Source: Cyanobacteriota bacterium
GTDB taxonomy: Bacteria; Cyanobacteriota; Cyanobacteriia; Cyanobacteriales; Nostocaceae
DNA: 10,952 bases
Direction of reading: 5' to 3'
Assembly (NCBI GenBank): GCA_046045965.1
Contig: JBJOKS010000065.1
Coordinates: 1-10,952 of the forward strand
Positions within the stretch are counted from its first letter, which is position 1. Each line of letters starts with the position of its first letter. The notes below the pieces were generated by a model. It was not told the origin of the DNA. It was given only the letters and a program-made list of their open reading frames with translations, and searched no databases. Made by a program: the position numbers and the translations under genes. Below, piece after piece: positions 7,368 through 10,952 of the stretch.

Positions 7368-7391
7368 AATCCAAAATCTAAAATCTAAAAT
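7368..7391. repeat. Short heptamer repeat AATC(C/T)AA x3
   Basis: aatccaa-aatctaa-aatctaa-aat just upstream of the csaB start. Confidence 0.7.
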
Positions 7392-7398
7392 GGTCAAG

Positions 7399-8436
7399 AT
7401 GCGGGTTTTATTGTCTGGGTATTACGGTAAGGGTAATGGTGGTGATGAAGCTTTGTTAGCCACACTTCTGCAAATGTTACCACCTGATGTTACCCCTGTG
7501 GTGCTTTCTGGAAATCCTGAAGAAACGAGTCGGCGTTATGGTGTGGAAAGTTACAACCGCATGGCGTTTTTACAGGTAATGAAAGCTTTGCGTTCCTGTG
7601 ATGCTTTCATTTGGGGTGGTGGGAGTTTAATGCAGGATGTGACTAGTACCATTAGCCCTTTTTATTATGGCGGATTAATGGCGATCGCTCAAGTTATGGG
7701 TTTGAAAACGATAGCTTGGGGACAGGGAATAGGACCTTTATTGCGTCCGCAAACTCGTTGGTTAGCAAGACGGAATTTTTCTGGTTGTATTAAAGTGAGT
7801 GTGCGCGATCGCTCTAGTTCTGCTTTATTATCAGATTGGAATATACCACATATTCTTGCACCTGATCCGGTTTGGGCGTTAGCATCAAAATCAGTTCCAG
7901 AATTAGCAGATTTACCAAAACCCAGAATTGCAGTTACTCTCCGAAATCATCCCCAGTTGACAGAAACTCGGTTAGCAAACTTAACTCGTGCTTTGGTTGA
8001 TTTACAAAAGGCTACCCAAGCATTCATTTTAATCTTACCATTTCAGAAGAGCGAAGATTTAGAAATTGCCGAAAAAATTCAACTGCAATTAACAGATAAG
8101 AGTCAAATTCTTTGTTTAGAAGATCCCCAACTTTTAAAAGGTGCGTTTCAGGGTGTAAATATGGTAATTGGTATGAGATTACATAGTTTAATTATGGCAG
8201 CTAGTGAAGGTTGTCGTTGTTTTGCTTTAAGTTATGATCCCAAAATAAACCGTTTGATGGAAGATTTATCTATACCTGGATGGGATTTAGCAAATATACC
8301 AGATGATGTAAATTCAATTACTAAAACTTGGTTGGATTTTTATCAAACTGGTGAGATTTTATCATCTGAGAAAATCCAATCTTTGGTAACTGGGGCGTTT
8401 TTGCATCGGGAATTGTTAAGGGAAGCATTAAGATGA
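7399..8436 (+). CDS. csaB: Polysaccharide pyruvyl transferase CsaB
   Basis: MRVLLSGYYGKGNGGDEA, WGGGSLMQDVTS, GQGIGPL, VSVRD, IGMRLHSLIMA, LSYDPK. Start taken at ATG 7399 (alternative 7390). Confidence 0.93.
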   Translation: MRVLLSGYYGKGNGGDEALLATLLQMLPPDVTPVVLSGNPEETSRRYGVESYNRMAFLQVMKALRSCDAFIWGGGSLMQDVTSTISPFYYGGLMAIAQVMGLKTIAWGQGIGPLLRPQTRWLARRNFSGCIKVSVRDRSSSALLSDWNIPHILAPDPVWALASKSVPELADLPKPRIAVTLRNHPQLTETRLANLTRALVDLQKATQAFILILPFQKSEDLEIAEKIQLQLTDKSQILCLEDPQLLKGAFQGVNMVIGMRLHSLIMAASEGCRCFALSYDPKINRLMEDLSIPGWDLANIPDDVNSITKTWLDFYQTGEILSSEKIQSLVTGAFLHRELLREALR

Positions 8437-8528
8437 AATTTCGTAAATTCAACAACTACATCATCCAAACTTAGTTTATAAGTTATAATAATTTAAACAA
8501 AGTTGATATCATGTCCAAGGAGATTAAT

Positions 8529-9107
8529 ATGACAGCTATCACCGTCAACTTCAACCCTATTATTCAACTTACCGACAACCAATTTTATCAACTTTGTCGA
8601 GAAAATCCTGAAGTTAAATTTGAACGAAATGCAAAAGGAGAAATACAGATTATGTCACCCACAGGAGGAGGAACGGGAAAACGTAATGTTGAAATTTCCG
8701 CAGATTTTGTGTTCTGGAATCGTCAAACTAAACTAGGAGTTTGTTTCGATTCTTCCACCTGTTTTAAACTTCCCAATGGTGCAAATCGTTCTCCTGATGT
8801 CGCTTGGATAAAAAAAGAAAGATGGGATGCACTCACACCGGAAGAACAGGAAAAGTTTTCACCAATTGCTCCAGATTTTGTTTTAGAGTTAATGTCACCA
8901 AGTGATAGTTTACAAGACACCCAAGCAAAAATGCAGGAGTATATAAATAATGGAGTTAAATTAGGTTGGTTAATTAATCGAAAAATGCGTCAAGTTGAAA
9001 TTTATCGTCTTGGTAAATCTGTGGAAGTATTAGAATTTCCCCAAGAATTATCAGGTGAAGATGTGTTACCAGGGTTTGTTTTGAATTTGCAGATAGTTTG
9101 GGGATAA
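8529..9107 (+). CDS. Uma2 family (DUF820) PD-(D/E)xK endonuclease-like protein
   Basis: 'KFERNAKGEIQIMSP', 'RSPDVAWI', 'APDFVLELMSPSD', 'KMQEYINNGVKLGWLI', 'LSGEDVLPGF'. AAGGAG RBS at 8517-8522 favours ATG 8529 over 8511. Confidence 0.92.
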   Translation: MTAITVNFNPIIQLTDNQFYQLCRENPEVKFERNAKGEIQIMSPTGGGTGKRNVEISADFVFWNRQTKLGVCFDSSTCFKLPNGANRSPDVAWIKKERWDALTPEEQEKFSPIAPDFVLELMSPSDSLQDTQAKMQEYINNGVKLGWLINRKMRQVEIYRLGKSVEVLEFPQELSGEDVLPGFVLNLQIVWG

Positions 9108-9118
9108 ATACAGCAATA

Positions 9119-9778
9119 TTATTCACCACTGAAGTAGCGAAGCTTATCTCGAAAATAACAAAAGCTTGGTGATTGATTATTTTCAATATCCATAAAAGGA
9201 GAAATTTTTTCTGCCCAAACAGCCTTTTCTTTACCAATTGCCTGATAACCAAGTTTAGACAACTTTTGGCAACCACCGGAAGATACTGCATCTGCTAACT
9301 TCTCCCATGTACCACAGATATCATCATTAGTGTATGAATTTAAAACTGCTTGTTTGGCGCTCGGATAAGCTTTCTTAACTGCTGCTAAATCACCTAAATA
9401 CCATGCTTCTCCTTCTTCAATAGCAATGCAAAATTGTGTTTTTGGCTTGGAATTACAAGAATTTTCTAGTTCAAGTAGTTGTTTCCGAAAAGCACTCAGA
9501 CAGCGGTCATCAAGATCGCAAATGATGATGAGGACAGCCTTATAATCAGCAGGATAACTAGCAAATGTTTTACCATAGCCTTGAATAAGTCTTGGTAGCT
9601 GGTCAAGTAAAATTCGTTTGTTAGCATCAGAAGTAGATTTTAAACCTTGAGGAATATGTCCTATGCCTTTGTAAGCATGGATATTAAATGTGTGTTGTTC
9701 AGTATTAATAATTTTGGTGACAAGAATTTCCAAAGCAGTTTTGCCAGAAATATCCTCAACTAATATCTCAAAGTGCAT
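9119..9778 (-). CDS. DUF4276-like TOPRIM-fold protein (putative nuclease effector)
   Basis: N-terminal 'FEILVED', central 'LIIICDLDD' (DxD) and 'IEEGEAWYLGD', as in DUF4276/RloB/OLD-TOPRIM proteins; ATG at 9778 lies 4 nt after the ATPase stop. Confidence 0.75.
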   Translation of the reverse strand: MHFEILVEDISGKTALEILVTKIINTEQHTFNIHAYKGIGHIPQGLKSTSDANKRILLDQLPRLIQGYGKTFASYPADYKAVLIIICDLDDRCLSAFRKQLLELENSCNSKPKTQFCIAIEEGEAWYLGDLAAVKKAYPSAKQAVLNSYTNDDICGTWEKLADAVSSGGCQKLSKLGYQAIGKEKAVWAEKISPFMDIENNQSPSFCYFRDKLRYFSGE

Positions 9779-9782
9779 ATAT

Positions 9783-10952
9783 TCACCTGGCATCCAAGTA
9801 ATCACTATACCAAAGTCCACCAAGGGGCAAACCTTCAGAAACAAGATTATTAATCAGAGGATCTTCACTAGCTCGCTTAATTTTAGCAAATCCATCCTCG
9901 CCCTTTTCTAAAATCCAAACTTCTTCAGGTTCTAGGGCATCTACAAAATATGGTTGATGTGTTGTCACAAATATTTGTGATCCATGCTTGTGACCTGTAG
10001 CGTGTTCTCTAAATTCTCGCGCTAGGGTTTCTAAAAGTTTATGGTAAAGTCCGTTTTCTGGTTCTTCGATACACAAAAATGGTGGTGGTGAAGGATCTTC
10101 TAACATCAGGAGATAGGCGAATACTTTGAGTGTTCCATCTGACATTTGTTGGGAATAAAATGGATCTTGAAACCCTTTATCGTTGAAACACAAAAGCAGT
10201 CTTCCATCTGGACTTGGGTAGGTACTAATCTTGTTGACACCGGGAATTTTTTGAGCGATTTTTTCAAGTATAGATTGAAATTTTTTTGGATGTTCTCTTT
10301 CCATAAACTGAACTACATTACCGAGATTATCTCCATGAATATTCAAATGCTTTTGGGGTCCAGCTAGAGGTAAACTGCGGGCAGCATCTGGTGTAAAATA
10401 GCTTAAATACCATCCTTCAATAAATCTTCTAAACATAGAAATTCTGGGATGTTGTTTGAGTGAACCTAAAGTAGCAATTCCTAGTTTTCGTTTATCATCA
10501 AGTTCAACTACTTCAGTTTCTTTACTCTCCTCTTCTGCTTCACCTTTTTGGATTTTTTCTATAAATTTTGATAAATCAAACTCACCTTTTTCTTCTTCAA
10601 CTTGTTTACCTTCTTGTTCACCTTTCCATGCAATTCCTCTACCTTCATTGAGAATAAGAAAAGAAAAAGGTTGTCCCCTAGTTTGTCCTTTTCTTCTTTG
10701 TCTGAGTCTCTCCCTTTTTACATAAGGTCTTCCAGATGAATCAATATCTATTGCCAACTCATAAGTAATTGGTCGGGCATTACCATCTTCTTTATAATAG
10801 ATATCAAACTCAATACTTCCCTCTTGTCCTTGGGAACGAATTTTCTCAAAACCACCACGACCACGAGCATAACAAGCTTCTTCTACTCCATTTTTCAAGC
10901 AGTCGGCAAGAAAACCAAAAGTATCGAAAATTGTACTTTTTCCCACACCATT
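9783..10952 (-). CDS. ABC-type ATPase (AAA_21/AAA_15-like), 5' end outside the window
   Basis: The frame stays open to the window edge, giving Walker A 'NGVGKST'; signature-like 'QMSDGT', Walker B/D-loop 'FLCIEEPENGL', H-loop 'VTTHQP'; no transmembrane partner in view. Confidence 0.9.
   Translation of the reverse strand, partial: NGVGKSTIFDTFGFLADCLKNGVEEACYARGRGGFEKIRSQGQEGSIEFDIYYKEDGNARPITYELAIDIDSSGRPYVKRERLRQRRKGQTRGQPFSFLILNEGRGIAWKGEQEGKQVEEEKGEFDLSKFIEKIQKGEAEEESKETEVVELDDKRKLGIATLGSLKQHPRISMFRRFIEGWYLSYFTPDAARSLPLAGPQKHLNIHGDNLGNVVQFMEREHPKKFQSILEKIAQKIPGVNKISTYPSPDGRLLLCFNDKGFQDPFYSQQMSDGTLKVFAYLLMLEDPSPPPFLCIEEPENGLYHKLLETLAREFREHATGHKHGSQIFVTTHQPYFVDALEPEEVWILEKGEDGFAKIKRASEDPLINNLVSEGLPLGGLWYSDYLDAR

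Noticed and set aside
9779..9844. N-terminal extension of the DUF4276-like ORF
   Set aside because: It overlaps the ATPase C-terminus; the TOPRIM-type start MHFEILVED at 9778 fits a coupled operon better.

Overview
AT-rich DNA from a heterocyst-forming cyanobacterium (Nostocales-like), judged by five HIP1 octamers (GCGATCGC), several heptameric STRR arrays and the gene content. Left to right: the phosphate-sensing operon sphR-sphS-phoU (minus strand); a divergent pair of paralogous coiled-coil genes, probably orthologues of Anabaena ZicK/ZacK, behind a perfect TTGACA-17-TATAAT promoter with a LexA-box-like palindrome over the predicted start site; a 38-codon small ORF missing from the ORF track, preceded by a hairpin; hisA; DUF3593 and ycf49 membrane proteins; csaB; a Uma2 nuclease-like gene; and a convergent two-gene module of an ABC-type (AAA_21-like) ATPase, cut by the window edge, plus a DUF4276/TOPRIM-like protein. 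The best candidates for new biology are this PARIS/RloAB-like putative defence module, possible LexA control of the filament-forming pair, and the structured small ORF. Family assignments come from motif recognition and recalled synteny, not database searches.
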